37,300 nucleotides of DNA from a virus (Duplodnaviria; Heunggongvirae; Uroviricota; Caudoviricetes): the IMG/VR virus record IMGVR_UViG_2925908680_000006; one strand, 5' to 3'. Both the position numbers and the translations under genes were made by a program. The notes beneath the pieces are model-generated. The model did not search any database. It saw nothing but the letters and a program-made list of their open reading frames with translations, and was not told the origin of the DNA. This document shows positions 9,101 through 18,581 of the stretch, in pieces; positions within the stretch are counted from its first letter, which is position 1, and every line of letters starts with the position of its first letter.

Positions 9101-9673
9101 ACTCTTCTCTATTGTTCCGCTTGATTCTCCTGCGGGGTGGTAACGATAAATCGTCGATGTACCAATGCCGTAAATTATTGCCAGTTGTTTTCTGTCGTGA
9201 CCGTTTTTAATCAGCCTTGCTATTTGCTCATGCTGTTCTTTTGTCAGCTTCGGGCGACGTCCGCCTGTGCGCCCCCGTGCGCGCGCTGCTGCCAGTCCGG
9301 CCAGTGTACGTTCAACAATTAATTCACGTTCCATTTCAGCCAGGGCACCCATCACGTGGAAGAAAAAACGCCCCATTGGAGAAGATGTATCTATGCTGTC
9401 GGTCAGACTGCGAAAATTAATCCCTCGCTCCCGTAGTTCCCCGACGAGAGAAATCAGATGTTTCATGCTTCGCCCGAGGCGATCCAGTTTCCAGACAACC
9501 AGCGTGTCACCTTTTTGAAGGCGCTTTAAAGCGCGTTTTAATCCCGGTCGGTCTGTCTTTGTCCCGCTTAATTTATCTTCAAATATTTGTTCACATCCTG
9601 CACAAACAAGAGCGTTTCGTTGCAGGTCTGTATTCTGGTCATTTGTTGATACCCTTACATAGCCAATCAGCAC
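9086..9673 (-). CDS. gin: Serine DNA invertase (Gin/Hin/Pin/Cin family)
   Basis: LIGYVRVSTNDQNTDLQRNAL...GDTLVVWKLDRLGRSMKHL is near-identical to remembered Mu Gin; likely GTG start at 9673; C-terminal HTH. Confidence 0.93.
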   Translation of the reverse strand: MLIGYVRVSTNDQNTDLQRNALVCAGCEQIFEDKLSGTKTDRPGLKRALKRLQKGDTLVVWKLDRLGRSMKHLISLVGELRERGINFRSLTDSIDTSSPMGRFFFHVMGALAEMERELIVERTLAGLAAARARGRTGGRRPKLTKEQHEQIARLIKNGHDRKQLAIIYGIGTSTIYRYHPAGESSGTIEKSQKTK

Positions 9674-9727
9674 GCTGAATCTCCCGTCCAAAAGCGTAAA
9701 TCATGCCATGCAGGTCAGAAACGGCCA

Positions 9728-9766
9728 TTATCTAAAACCTCGGTTTACAGGAAACGGTAAACAGGG
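9728..9766. repeat. Left gix-type recombination site (inverted repeat)
   Basis: ttatctaaaacctcggtttacaggaa matches the Mu gix consensus; shares a 23-bp inverted repeat with 12767-12805. Confidence 0.85.
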
Positions 9767-10758
9767 CTGGTAACGCCGTGCAAAAAAATGGCGATACCTT
9801 GTCCGGTGGGCTTACTTTTGAAAACGACTCAATCCTTGCCTGGATTCGAAATACTGACTGGGCAAAGATTGGTTTTAAAAATGATGCCGATAGCGATACT
9901 GATTCATACATGTGGTTTGAAACAGGCGACAACGGCAATGAATATTTCAAATGGAGAAGCAAACAAAGCACCACAACAAAAGACCTGATGAATCTTAAAT
10001 GGGATGCTTTGTCTGTTCTTGTTAAAGCCCTTTTCAGCAGTGAAGTAAAAATATCGACAGTCAATGCACTGAGGATATTTAATTCATCTTTTGGTGCCAT
10101 TTTTCGCCGTTCTGAAGAATGCCTGCATATCATCCCTACACGAGAGAATGAGGGGGAAAATGGCAATATAGGGCCGCTACGCCCCTTTACGCTTAATCTC
10201 AGAACTGGTCGCATAAATATGGGGCATGGTCTGGATGTTACAGGAGATATAACAACTAACGCATGGGTGTACGCAAACCGCCTTGCAATTAACAGCAGCA
10301 CAGGCATGTGGATTCATATGCGTGACCAGAATGTTATTTTTGGACGTAATGCGGTATCCACTGATGGTGCTCAGGCTTTGCTCCGTCAGGACCATGCCGA
10401 CCGCAAATTTATGATTGGCGGTCTGGGAAATAAGCAATTTGGCATCTACATGATTAATAACTCAAGGACAGCCAATGGCACCGATGGTCAGGCGTACATG
10501 GACAATAACGGTAACTGGCTTTGCGGTGCGCAAATTATTCCCGGAAATTATGGCAATTTTGACTCACGCTATGTGAGAGATGTCCGACTTGGCACACGTG
10601 TTGTTCAATTGATGGCGCGTGGAGGGCGTTATGAAATAGCCGGACACGCACTTACCGGATTAAGGATTATTGGTGAAGTTGATGGCGATGATGAAGCTAT
10701 CTTCAGGCCGATACAAAAATACATCAATGGCATATGGTATAACGTCGCACAGGTGTAA
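9742..10758 (+). CDS. Alternative tail-fibre variable C-terminal cassette (no own start; fuses to H constant part after inversion)
   Basis: Reading frame continues from gixL as [33 protein letters not shown]..., matching the remembered C-terminal half of P2 gpH; ends ...[11 protein letters not shown]. Confidence 0.8.
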   Translation, partial: GLQETVNRAGNAVQKNGDTLSGGLTFENDSILAWIRNTDWAKIGFKNDADSDTDSYMWFETGDNGNEYFKWRSKQSTTTKDLMNLKWDALSVLVKALFSSEVKISTVNALRIFNSSFGAIFRRSEECLHIIPTRENEGENGNIGPLRPFTLNLRTGRINMGHGLDVTGDITTNAWVYANRLAINSSTGMWIHMRDQNVIFGRNAVSTDGAQALLRQDHADRKFMIGGLGNKQFGIYMINNSRTANGTDGQAYMDNNGNWLCGAQIIPGNYGNFDSRYVRDVRLGTRVVQLMARGGRYEIAGHALTGLRIIGEVDGDDEAIFRPIQKYINGIWYNVAQV

Positions 10759-10761
10759 ATT

Positions 10762-11287
10762 ATGCAGCATTAAAAAATATTAAGTCTGGAAATCCAAAAA
10801 CAAAAGAACAATATCAGCTAACAAAGAATTTTGATGTTATCTGGTTATGGTCCGAAGACGGAAAAAACTGGTATGAGGAAGTGAAAACTTTCAGCCAGAC
10901 ACAATAAAGATTGTTTACGATGCAAATAATATTATTGTCGCCATCACCAAAGATGCCTCCACGCTTAACCCTGAAGGTTATAGCGTCGTTGAGGTTCCTG
11001 ATATCACAGCTAATCGTCGTGCTGATGATTCCGGTAAGTGGATGTTTAAGGACGGAGCTGTGGTTAAACGGATTTATACGGCAGACGAGCAACAACAACA
11101 GGCCGAATCACAAAAGGCCGCGTTACTTTCCGAAGCAGAAAACGTTATTCAGCCACTGGAACGCGCTGTCAGGCTGAATATGGCGACGGATGAGGAACGC
11201 GCACGACTGGAGTCATGGGAACGCTATAGTGTTCTGGTCAGCCGTGTGGATACGGCAAATCCTGAATGGCCACAAAAGCCTGAATAA
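10762..11287 (+). pseudogene. G: Tail-fibre assembly gene (G/Tfa-like), interrupted by two 1-nt frame disruptions
   Basis: ATG at 10762 hits TAA after 3 codons; conserved N-peptide [16 protein letters not shown] is in the -1 frame; body from about 10896 is in a third frame and ends ...[15 protein letters not shown]...PEWPQKPE. Confidence 0.5.
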
Positions 11288-11315
11288 AAATTAAGGCCCG
11301 ATAGCGGGCCTTGTT

Positions 11316-11845
11316 TCATTCTGGTTGTTCTGGAAACGTTACTGGCAGGCTGGAGGTGTCTGTGGATTCGACCTTCTGCGCATAGAGCATCCACTCGGTT
11401 AATTTTTGTTTATTCTCGTCGGAAATGATACCCAGCCGTAGCTGTGAGTCCCATAGCTGGGTTTTATCCCTGACAAGTTGCAACAGGCTTTGCTTTTCAT
11501 TCTCTGCCTGCTGCCTCTGTTCCTCCTCGGTATAAGTTCGCTTTATCACTACGCCATCTTTGAACATCCATTTACCCGAAATATCAGCCCGGCGATTTGC
11601 TGTAATATCAGGTAATTCAACGACGCTTGCGCCTTCCGGATTAATTGCTGAAACATCCTTTTCAATACAAATATAACGCGTTATGGTCATAGACCATTTT
11701 CAAAGTGTCTGGCTGGAAATTCTTTTGTTCTCATACCAGTTTTTTCCATCATCTGAATAAAGCCATTTGATGTTAAATTGCTTTGTTAGCTGGTATTGCT
11801 CTTTTGTTTTAGGGTTGCCAGCAGTAATGTTTTTAAGTGCATCAT
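11316..11845 (-). pseudogene. Second tail-fibre assembly gene (G'-like), interrupted by several 1-nt frame disruptions
   Basis: ATG-ATG at 11845 is out of frame with the conserved peptide [22 protein letters not shown]; in-frame TGA at about 11700; [17 protein letters not shown] readable only in an alternative frame; intact C-terminal body 11316-11690. Confidence 0.5.
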
Positions 11846-11847
11846 CG

Positions 11848-12792
11848 TTAAATACTCCCCGCGTTATACCACGTCCCATTAATGCAATACTGAATTGGCC
11901 TTGCCTGAGTTGTATCACTTAATTCATCACGGTTCCCGTAACTGAACCGTACGACATAACCTGACCTGTCAGACCAGGCCGGGGCCATTCCATGTCTGAA
12001 CAGATGACAGACCGCCAAGGCGAATACCTGTAATAACCTTGAGTTACATTCTGCCCGCGTATATGCACCAACATCTCCCGCAGAGGGTTTGCGGGTTGTG
12101 GTGTAAAACTCTGACCAGTCAGCTTCAAAGCCATAACCATCTCGCGCTGAACGATAATAAATACCGCCGTTCTTATAATTCACACGGAACTGAACCGCCG
12201 GGCAACTCCCCGCATTCATATTAAAGTGAAGAATCAATGTTGACGCTCCACTAATAGTCGCATCATAAACGCCGCTATTCCAGTTCCAGCCAACAGCTTT
12301 ATCATTGCAAACCCTGCTTCTGTTGCCTAAGCAATGCAGGCGGTGTTTTTACGTGTGTAGTCTCTCGCAGCCAGGAGAATAAACCATCACCATGGATAAT
12401 ATAGGTGAATTGGCGTTAGAATTCCGCCACCACTTGGACGTGCTCGGGTGGTAACGCGTTATGGTTCATTTTACGCCCGGGGGTTCCCCACCTCAATCAC
12501 GGCTCCGGCAGGCAGATATGTCCAAAACCGGGATTCCGTAAAACCTGTTTCTGGCATAGGACCATGAACCTTTACACATCCAGTATGGATGTCGGAAAGC
12601 TCGTTTCTCCAGCCACGAAATTAATGCAACTGTCGACCATCAACCTTGGAACCATCGATATCAGTCCTCGCCGCTAAATGCACGACAAAAGCCCCTGTGT
12701 CTTGTATTGAATTTATTTCTATTTCGGAATATCTGCACCTGCTTCTTGTTTCGTATGCCTCAGAAGGCCTGTTTACCGTTTCCTGTAAACCG
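11848..12792 (-). pseudogene. Degenerate alternative tail-fibre variable cassette (currently joined to the H constant part)
   Basis: Fibre-like C-terminus ...[17 protein letters not shown] at 11848-12237 is in a different frame from H, and 12238-12620 has no ORF of 60 aa or more in any frame. Confidence 0.5.
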
Positions 12793-14201
12793 AGGTATTC
12801 GATAACGGCAGCAACGGTCGATTTCGCAAGAATATCCCGCCCGACTTTTGTCAGGGTTGCCAGGCTGGCGACATCATTCCCCGTAAAATACGGAAACTTG
12901 TCTGCCGCAGTAGCAAGCCCGGCCAGCGCCGTCAGGGTGGCATCTTTCGGTTGCTTACCCGCAAGCGCGTTAGTCATGGTGGTCGCAAAATTCGGGTCGT
13001 TTCCCAGCGCCGCCGCTAACTCGTTCAGCGTATTCAGTGCGTCAGGTGACGAATCTACAAGGGCGGCAATCGCAGCCATAACGAAAGCCGTGCTTGCGAT
13101 TTGGGTATTATTCGTTCCCTGTCGCGCAGTTGGCGTTGTTGGCGTTCCGGTCAACGCAGGACTGTTTAAGGGCGCTTTCTTGTTCGTTTCATCCATTACC
13201 GCCTTAACCGCTTTCGATGTCGCGGCCAGTGTTTCAGACGTGCTGTTGGTGGCACTACTGAGCTGGACTATCCCTTTTTGTGCCGTCGTGGCGTCCTGAG
13301 CGGTATATTTTGCGTTAGCAAGGTCATACGCGGCCTTTACTGCTTTCGGCGTTGCAGCCTGCGTTTCAGACGTGCTGTTGGTGGCGCTACTGAGCTGGAC
13401 AAGGCCTTTTCGTGCCGTCGTGGCGTCCTGAGCGGTATATTTTCCGTTAGCCAGGTCATACGCGGCCTTTACTGCTTTCGGCGTTGCAGCCTGCGTTTCA
13501 GACGTGCTGTTGGTGGCGCTACTGAGCTGGACAAGGCCTTTTCGTGCCGTCGTGGCGTCCTGAGCGGTATATTTTCCGTTAGCCAGGTCATACGCGGCCT
13601 TAACCGCTTTCGGCGTTGCAGCCTGCGTTTCAGACACGCTGTTAGTGGCGCTACTGAGTTGAACAAAGCCTTTTGCGGTCAGCGAGGCGTCCGGGTGACG
13701 TCGTGACTGTTCATGCTCTTTCAGTTTGTCATCCACGTAATCCACTGTGGCCATCACCATGGTGTTATCCACGGTAAGCGCCACGGTGGCCGTGCTGGAT
13801 ACGGTCAGAATGGTGCGAAATGTTTGTGCACGACCGGACCCTTCAGCAACGGCTGGCTTGTAACTTTCGGCAGTATTGCCCACCGCGATTAAATCGCCGT
13901 GCTCATCAAATACACCAATTTCCCGGATCCAGAATCCGCCCGTTTCAGGAGGAATAACCAGCTCCGCAATAATGCGGTTCTGATGTGTTGCGTCCAGGAT
14001 GACGCGATTAACTGTGTGTCGCCACACCTCATGCACCAGACGGGTCTGCTTACTGTCTGGTGTGAGCAACGTGCCGCCACCGTCGCCCACGGCCATATGA
14101 GTCAGGCGAACAGGCTTACCATCTGGCGCGGCTGCCTGAGCTAATTTTTTGGCACCTGTATCGGTGATAACGGTTTTAAATTTTCGTGTTGTGGTACTCA
14201 T
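12621..14201 (-). CDS. H: Tail fibre protein H: constant N-terminal part (12793-14201) plus a short 45-codon tail in the present orientation
   Basis: N-terminal 470 aa match remembered P2 gpH including the QLSSATNS...TPKAVKAAYDLANGKY repeats; after the gixR-encoded GLQETVNR it reads PSEAYETRSRCR... and stops. Confidence 0.85.
   Translation of the reverse strand: MSTTTRKFKTVITDTGAKKLAQAAAPDGKPVRLTHMAVGDGGGTLLTPDSKQTRLVHEVWRHTVNRVILDATHQNRIIAELVIPPETGGFWIREIGVFDEHGDLIAVGNTAESYKPAVAEGSGRAQTFRTILTVSSTATVALTVDNTMVMATVDYVDDKLKEHEQSRRHPDASLTAKGFVQLSSATNSVSETQAATPKAVKAAYDLANGKYTAQDATTARKGLVQLSSATNSTSETQAATPKAVKAAYDLANGKYTAQDATTARKGLVQLSSATNSTSETQAATPKAVKAAYDLANAKYTAQDATTAQKGIVQLSSATNSTSETLAATSKAVKAVMDETNKKAPLNSPALTGTPTTPTARQGTNNTQIASTAFVMAAIAALVDSSPDALNTLNELAAALGNDPNFATTMTNALAGKQPKDATLTALAGLATAADKFPYFTGNDVASLATLTKVGRDILAKSTVAAVIEYLGLQETVNRPSEAYETRSRCRYSEIEINSIQDTGAFVVHLAARTDIDGSKVDGRQLH
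12767..12805. repeat. Right gix-type recombination site (inverted repeat)
   Basis: ttcctgtaaaccgaggtattcgataa; inverted copy of the 9728-9766 site. Confidence 0.85.
13230..13700 (-). repeat. In-frame tandem repeats of 123 bp (41 aa), about 3.8 copies, inside the fibre gene
   Basis: Repeated unit GxVQLSSATNSxSETQAATPKAVKAAYDLANGKYTAQDATTARK at protein and nucleotide level. Confidence 0.85.
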
Positions 14202-14203
14202 GC

Positions 14204-14734
14204 TTAATCGTCCGGATAAATGGTAATAACTTCACCGTCATAAGTTGCCGCCGCTGCGAAAATATCCCCCGGAATTTCCTGAATGATATTCAGCCCTGTC
14301 ATGTGGCGGCTGACCGGACGGGCATCAGCAATCAACCGCTCCATTTCCAGATACATTTCCTCCGTCACGCCACTGTCCAGTGTGCCGACTTCAACGGTAA
14401 ATGTTCCCGGTTCTCCGCCGAACTCCCACCACTCAGACACGCGAATGAGGTATCCCAGCGGCTCAATGGCCCTGCGCAGTGCGCTGATGGTCCCTTTGTG
14501 TCGGTGTATCAGCCATGCATCACGAATCACCTGTCGTTTTGTCTCTTCCGGCCAGTTGCGATCCCAGCGGTCAACGGAAAATGCCCAGGCGAGATAAGGC
14601 AGCAGGTGCACCGGGCAGGTGTCCGGCGACCACAGCGTGTTGAGGTCTACCGGGATGTCTGTAATGCGCGTTCCGACAGCTTCGGCACAACGCATGAAAC
14701 TGCTGGCTGATGGTGGTAACAGTGAATTACTCAT
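14204..14734 (-). CDS. I: Baseplate/tail protein I
   Basis: 176 aa from ATG at 14734; position and size match P2 gpI. Confidence 0.8.
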   Translation of the reverse strand: MSNSLLPPSASSFMRCAEAVGTRITDIPVDLNTLWSPDTCPVHLLPYLAWAFSVDRWDRNWPEETKRQVIRDAWLIHRHKGTISALRRAIEPLGYLIRVSEWWEFGGEPGTFTVEVGTLDSGVTEEMYLEMERLIADARPVSRHMTGLNIIQEIPGDIFAAAATYDGEVITIYPDD

Positions 14735-15623
14735 TGCGCCCACCTTCGCTGATGGTGAACGACTCACAGCGCGCCGCCTGTATGTCGCTGATGGCCATAT
14801 TCTGTGTGGGTTCGATTATCTCCACGCGTTGCACACCGTGCACATGCAGTGCGGCAGCAATGGCGGACAACGCCACGTCCTGACCGATAAGCCCCTGCTC
14901 AGCCAGCCACTTCCTGAACGACGATTCAGCCGCCGCCAGAATAGGTTCGGATTCCGGGCCGGGGTAAAAGTACAGTTTTGCATTCAGCCGCCATGTCACG
15001 ATTCTGGCGCTCTGTACAGTAAGGCGGTCGGCCACCGGGCGGGTATCCTCTGCATTCAGAACGGCGCGAACGGTATTAAGCAACGCCTCCGTTGCTGTGC
15101 CGTCGCCTTCAGTGGACAGGATGGAAACCGTCACATTTGCCGGAGACGGACTGATAGCCCGCGCATCACGCACCAGACCGCTGGCGCTGCGGGCAAAATA
15201 CTCGTATGCACCTGACGGGCCAGCAACACTCAGGCCATCGTACGCCCGCTGCGCCCGCAGTCTCAGCGAGGTGTCACTTTCCATCACTGCGTCGGTGGTA
15301 TCCGTTGCCGGAGTGATGGTCAGGCGCTTTGTGTTCATATTGCCCGCGAGGTTGTCCAGGTCTGTCCCGGCGCTGTGGCTTAACATGCAGGCGCGTGCCC
15401 CCTCATTGACCCGCTGGCGTAACAGCATTTCACGAAACGCTGTTGTCTGGGCGATAACGTTCAGGGGTTCCGATTCCAGCTCCAGCGCGGCGGAGACGGC
15501 TTCACGCTGTTCGGCGGGATAAGCCGCAATCATCATGGCCTTTGTGTCAGCCAGAATTGCCTCAAAGTCAGGCTCCGCGATGATGGCGGGTTCCGGTAAC
15601 TGGGAAAGGTCAACGGCGGGCAT
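14727..15623 (-). CDS. J: Baseplate assembly protein J
   Basis: 298 aa; size and position as P2 gpJ. Confidence 0.85.
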   Translation of the reverse strand: MPAVDLSQLPEPAIIAEPDFEAILADTKAMMIAAYPAEQREAVSAALELESEPLNVIAQTTAFREMLLRQRVNEGARACMLSHSAGTDLDNLAGNMNTKRLTITPATDTTDAVMESDTSLRLRAQRAYDGLSVAGPSGAYEYFARSASGLVRDARAISPSPANVTVSILSTEGDGTATEALLNTVRAVLNAEDTRPVADRLTVQSARIVTWRLNAKLYFYPGPESEPILAAAESSFRKWLAEQGLIGQDVALSAIAAALHVHGVQRVEIIEPTQNMAISDIQAARCESFTISEGGRNE

Positions 15624-15626
15624 GAT

Positions 15627-15977
15627 TTACTCCCTCAGCGTGATGGTTAACTCAACATTCTGCATGGTCTGCATGACAGTGCCCGACAGCGTCACCCCGG
15701 CGCGGCCTCCCGCTTTCCAGACAACGTCGATGGCATCCAGGGCAATGCGGGGTTCCCATCGTGTCAGCGCAATCACGGCAGCACTCATGCATTGCAGACG
15801 CGTGGTGTTATTCATGGGTTCGTCAATCAAATCAGGCACAAGGCTGCCATATTCCCGTCGCATAACCCGGCTTGCCAGCGGGGTGGTCAGGATATCCCTG
15901 ACTGACTGTTTCAGGTGCTCCATATCGTTCAGGTTTCCCGTCCCGTCCGGATTCATTCCTGTGTAGCGGGTTGTCAC
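15627..15977 (-). CDS. W: Baseplate protein W (gp25/GPW family)
   Basis: 116 aa; conserved position between V and J. Confidence 0.85.
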   Translation of the reverse strand: MTTRYTGMNPDGTGNLNDMEHLKQSVRDILTTPLASRVMRREYGSLVPDLIDEPMNNTTRLQCMSAAVIALTRWEPRIALDAIDVVWKAGGRAGVTLSGTVMQTMQNVELTITLRE

Positions 15978-16555
15978 TGCGGGCCTCCTGTCGAATCGCT
16001 GCCGCCTTTCACGCCACCGTGTTTATGCGTATGCACGGTAATGCCGTTTGAGGTGAAGTTGCCGCCGCTGTGCGTGATATTGCCGCTCATCTTTCCTCCT
16101 TTTGTGACGTCAAGCGTCGCCGTTCTCAGAAGGTTTGTGCATTCCACGACGGGCGTGTCCAGTTTCACGCTGACGGATGCCTGTAAAGTGGCCGTTTTCA
16201 TGCCGCTGGCGCTCAGTGCGCCTGCGTCCGCGTCGTAGCGGAACACCGCGCCGTCCGGCGCGCTGATCACGATTTCTTTCAGGCTTTTGCCGGGGGCCGG
16301 ACTGGCATCACTCCACAGGCTGCCAATTATCATGGCGGTTTCCGGGTTGCCGCCAATGCAGGCAATTACTACCTGTTCGCCTGGTGATGGCGGCAGCCAC
16401 ACATTGAAGGCTCCCGCGCGCGTGGTGTTCCAGCGCAGCCAGCCTGTTTCCAGTTCGCCGCTGCGAACGCGCACGCGCCAGGACTTCTCATCAACTTCAG
16501 AGATGATCCCGGTGCGGATGATATTGCTCAGCAGTCGCATGAGTTCTGCGCTCAC
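15974..16555 (-). CDS. V: Baseplate spike protein V
   Basis: 193 aa with Gly-rich C-terminus; position as P2 gpV. Confidence 0.8.
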   Translation of the reverse strand: MSAELMRLLSNIIRTGIISEVDEKSWRVRVRSGELETGWLRWNTTRAGAFNVWLPPSPGEQVVIACIGGNPETAMIIGSLWSDASPAPGKSLKEIVISAPDGAVFRYDADAGALSASGMKTATLQASVSVKLDTPVVECTNLLRTATLDVTKGGKMSGNITHSGGNFTSNGITVHTHKHGGVKGGSDSTGGPQ

Positions 16556-17187
16556 CGTACAGCCTCCGCAATCCGGCCCAGCACCGTGTTATAAATCAGG
16601 CGCTCATCTGCCTGGCTGATACCCAGCAGCTCACGTACCGGGTAATCGGTGAAAATGCCCGGCGCAACCTGATCGCGCTCACCGAACTGATGAACGCGGG
16701 CAATACGTGCGGCCACGCCGCTGTAACCCACCGTCACACCGGAAGCATCTGCACGGGCTTTCAGGTAGCGGGCGGTGCGCAGTTTTACGAACATGGGGAC
16801 GCGCTTTGTGCTGTCCTGGTTGATGCGCCGGGTGCGTATTTCCAGAAAACGGTCGATGTCATCCCGGTAAAACGTGCGGATATTGTTTTTATCCTCATCC
16901 CACCCGGTAATGGTTCGCCCGTATTTCCCCGTGTCGTGATGCCAGTTTTTCAGCGTGCGTGCTTCGTTATTCCAGATAAAGCGAATGCGTTCCTGTATCC
17001 GGGTTACGCGGCGTCTGCGTGGTGTCCACGCGGTCCCGTCCGGCGCTTTCTGTGACCGGATACGCGCCTGCTGGGCGCGGCGTAAATCCTGTGCCAGCTT
17101 TCTGGCGATGTTATTGATGGCCTGCTGATTCAGGCTGTCGCGGATGGCCTCAAAGGTTTCATCCACGCGGGTGAATGCCTTATCCAT
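16552..17187 (-). CDS. S: Phage virion morphogenesis / tail completion protein (S position)
   Basis: About 211 aa, between R and V as in P2; sequence assignment is weaker than for its neighbours. Confidence 0.6.
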   Translation of the reverse strand: MDKAFTRVDETFEAIRDSLNQQAINNIARKLAQDLRRAQQARIRSQKAPDGTAWTPRRRRVTRIQERIRFIWNNEARTLKNWHHDTGKYGRTITGWDEDKNNIRTFYRDDIDRFLEIRTRRINQDSTKRVPMFVKLRTARYLKARADASGVTVGYSGVAARIARVHQFGERDQVAPGIFTDYPVRELLGISQADERLIYNTVLGRIAEAVR

Positions 17188-17647
17188 CGCTTTCACCCCA
17201 CGTCACATCCTGGAATACATGCGACCAGTCGCCTTCGGAAGATGGCAGGCGGGGTTTTGGCTCCGGCAGGTGTTCTGCCTGCGGTGTGCCCTGACTGCTG
17301 CGCGTGATGCGAACGCGTTCCCGCAGGGGGAGCGTAAACAGGAGATCGGCGCTGTCATCGTCATTGATAACGGCGGAAAATTTGATGTCCTGATTACGCT
17401 CAGGGTTGAGCAACAACTGTGGCTGATTTTCGGATAACCACGCCAGCAGCGGCAGCGTGAGGTCGTCCAGCTCCCCGGCGTAATCCATGACAAACATCAC
17501 CATCTGATAGCGGTAAACAAACGATGGGGTTTCTCCGGTCGTTTCAATGTTGCCGCTCTCCACGAAAATGGTGAATTTTTCCGGGTTGGCCTGACACCAT
17601 CGGCATGAACGGGTCATGGCTTCACGCAGGGAATCAGTTTTCAGCAT
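17180..17647 (-). CDS. R: Tail completion protein R
   Basis: 155 aa; MLKTDSLR...FV..G....LL.P...AWL.ENQP resembles remembered P2 gpR. Confidence 0.85.
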   Translation of the reverse strand: MLKTDSLREAMTRSCRWCQANPEKFTIFVESGNIETTGETPSFVYRYQMVMFVMDYAGELDDLTLPLLAWLSENQPQLLLNPERNQDIKFSAVINDDDSADLLFTLPLRERVRITRSSQGTPQAEHLPEPKPRLPSSEGDWSHVFQDVTWGESDG

Positions 17648-17924
17648 GGTTGTTATCCTCGTTGTTCAGTCGTTGCAGCCTGCGCTGTTCCAGTAATTCA
17701 ATGGCCCGTTTATCCGCGTTACAGGTTTCCAGTGCATCCAGAAGGCGGTCGCCCCATATACCGAGATTTCCCCATGTGGGAGTATCAGGGAAGGGGGGAG
17801 GCGTTACCGGTATGGTCAGCGTCTGCGGTATAAGCCGGACTGACGGCGCTGGCCGTGGCGCGTTCTGCGTGCCTGCGCAGCCTGTCAGTAAAACGAGCGT
17901 CAGGCAAAGCGTGGGCGCATTCAT
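17634..17924 (-). CDS. lysC: Outer-membrane spanin lipoprotein (LysC/Rz1-like), embedded out of frame in lysB
   Basis: MNAPTLCLTLVLLTGCAG lipobox; Pro-rich; nested in the LysB coding region. Confidence 0.75.
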   Translation of the reverse strand: MNAPTLCLTLVLLTGCAGTQNAPRPAPSVRLIPQTLTIPVTPPPFPDTPTWGNLGIWGDRLLDALETCNADKRAIELLEQRRLQRLNNEDNNHAEN

Positions 17925-18192
17925 CTTTTGCAATATCGTTGCGTAGCTGTTCACGTCTTACCTCTCCGTCCTGATTGCGTTGCTGATTTTCCACGCGGAG
18001 TTGCGCCAGCACCTGCTGCATATCCTGTACCCCGGCGCTGATAATATTCAGGGTGTCGGCGGTACTTTTCAGGGTGCTGGCCTGCGCTTCGTTTCTGGCG
18101 TTCTCCCGGCCCAGCGACCACGACAGACGCATGGATGTTCCCCATCCGGCAATCAGAAGGAAAGCGACGCCCAGCGTGGGCCAGAGCTTCAT
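17785..18192 (-). CDS. lysB: Inner-membrane spanin (LysB/Rz-like)
   Basis: ATG at 18192 overlaps the endolysin stop (ATGA); N-terminal TM helix then coiled coil. Confidence 0.75.
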   Translation of the reverse strand: MKLWPTLGVAFLLIAGWGTSMRLSWSLGRENARNEAQASTLKSTADTLNIISAGVQDMQQVLAQLRVENQQRNQDGEVRREQLRNDIAKDECAHALPDARFTDRLRRHAERATASAVSPAYTADADHTGNASPLP

Positions 18193-18581
18193 GCCGGATA
18201 GGCTCCGTGTGGTAACTGAAAATGCGGTCCGTCTTTCAGGGTCTTCCAGTCGCCGCCCCATTCCACCGGAATATTCAGTTCCCGGCTGGCCTGTCTGAAT
18301 GCTGCTGCGATTTTTTCGTACAGCGGCCATTCCCATGACACCTGGCTGCCGACATAAGCCACAACATCCACGGCATGCCCCGTAAGGTGGCGGCTGTTCA
18401 TGGTCTGGCTCTTACCTGTGGCCACAAGTTGCTTCTGGCGGTAACGGCTGCGCAACCCTTCGGTGATACCAAAATCCACTTCCGAGATTTCCAGTGCCCG
18501 TCGGGTCACTTTCACCAGATCAGGATTTACGCCCTGCAAATTCTTTTCGCTCCGGCTGCTGAATTTAAATGTGTTGCTCAT
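18189..18581 (-). CDS. Endolysin, peptidase M15 (L-alanyl-D-glutamate peptidase) family
   Basis: 130 aa; SRHLTGHAVDV and DGPHFQL zinc-ligand motifs typical of M15 endolysins. Confidence 0.8.
   Translation of the reverse strand: MSNTFKFSSRSEKNLQGVNPDLVKVTRRALEISEVDFGITEGLRSRYRQKQLVATGKSQTMNSRHLTGHAVDVVAYVGSQVSWEWPLYEKIAAAFRQASRELNIPVEWGGDWKTLKDGPHFQLPHGAYPA

Larger units (their letters stand above)
9741..12792. other. Invertible tail-fibre host-range segment (G-segment-like, about 3.05 kb)
   Basis: Bounded by inverted gix sites next to gin; holds two opposed fibre C-terminal cassettes and two opposed tail-fibre assembly genes. Confidence 0.85.

Noticed and set aside
12621-12792. The 45 codons after gixR as a genuine short receptor-binding tip of the fibre
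   Set aside because: Far shorter than any fibre variable domain, no fibre-like motifs, and followed by fragmented fibre-like sequence in other frames
13230-13700. Possible CRISPR array
   Set aside because: Repeats are 123 bp, directly abutting with no spacers, and lie in frame within a tail-fibre coding sequence
12646-13706. Plus-strand ORFs (217 and 142 aa) with internally repeated sequence
   Set aside because: They are the antisense image of the in-frame 123-bp tandem repeats of the fibre gene
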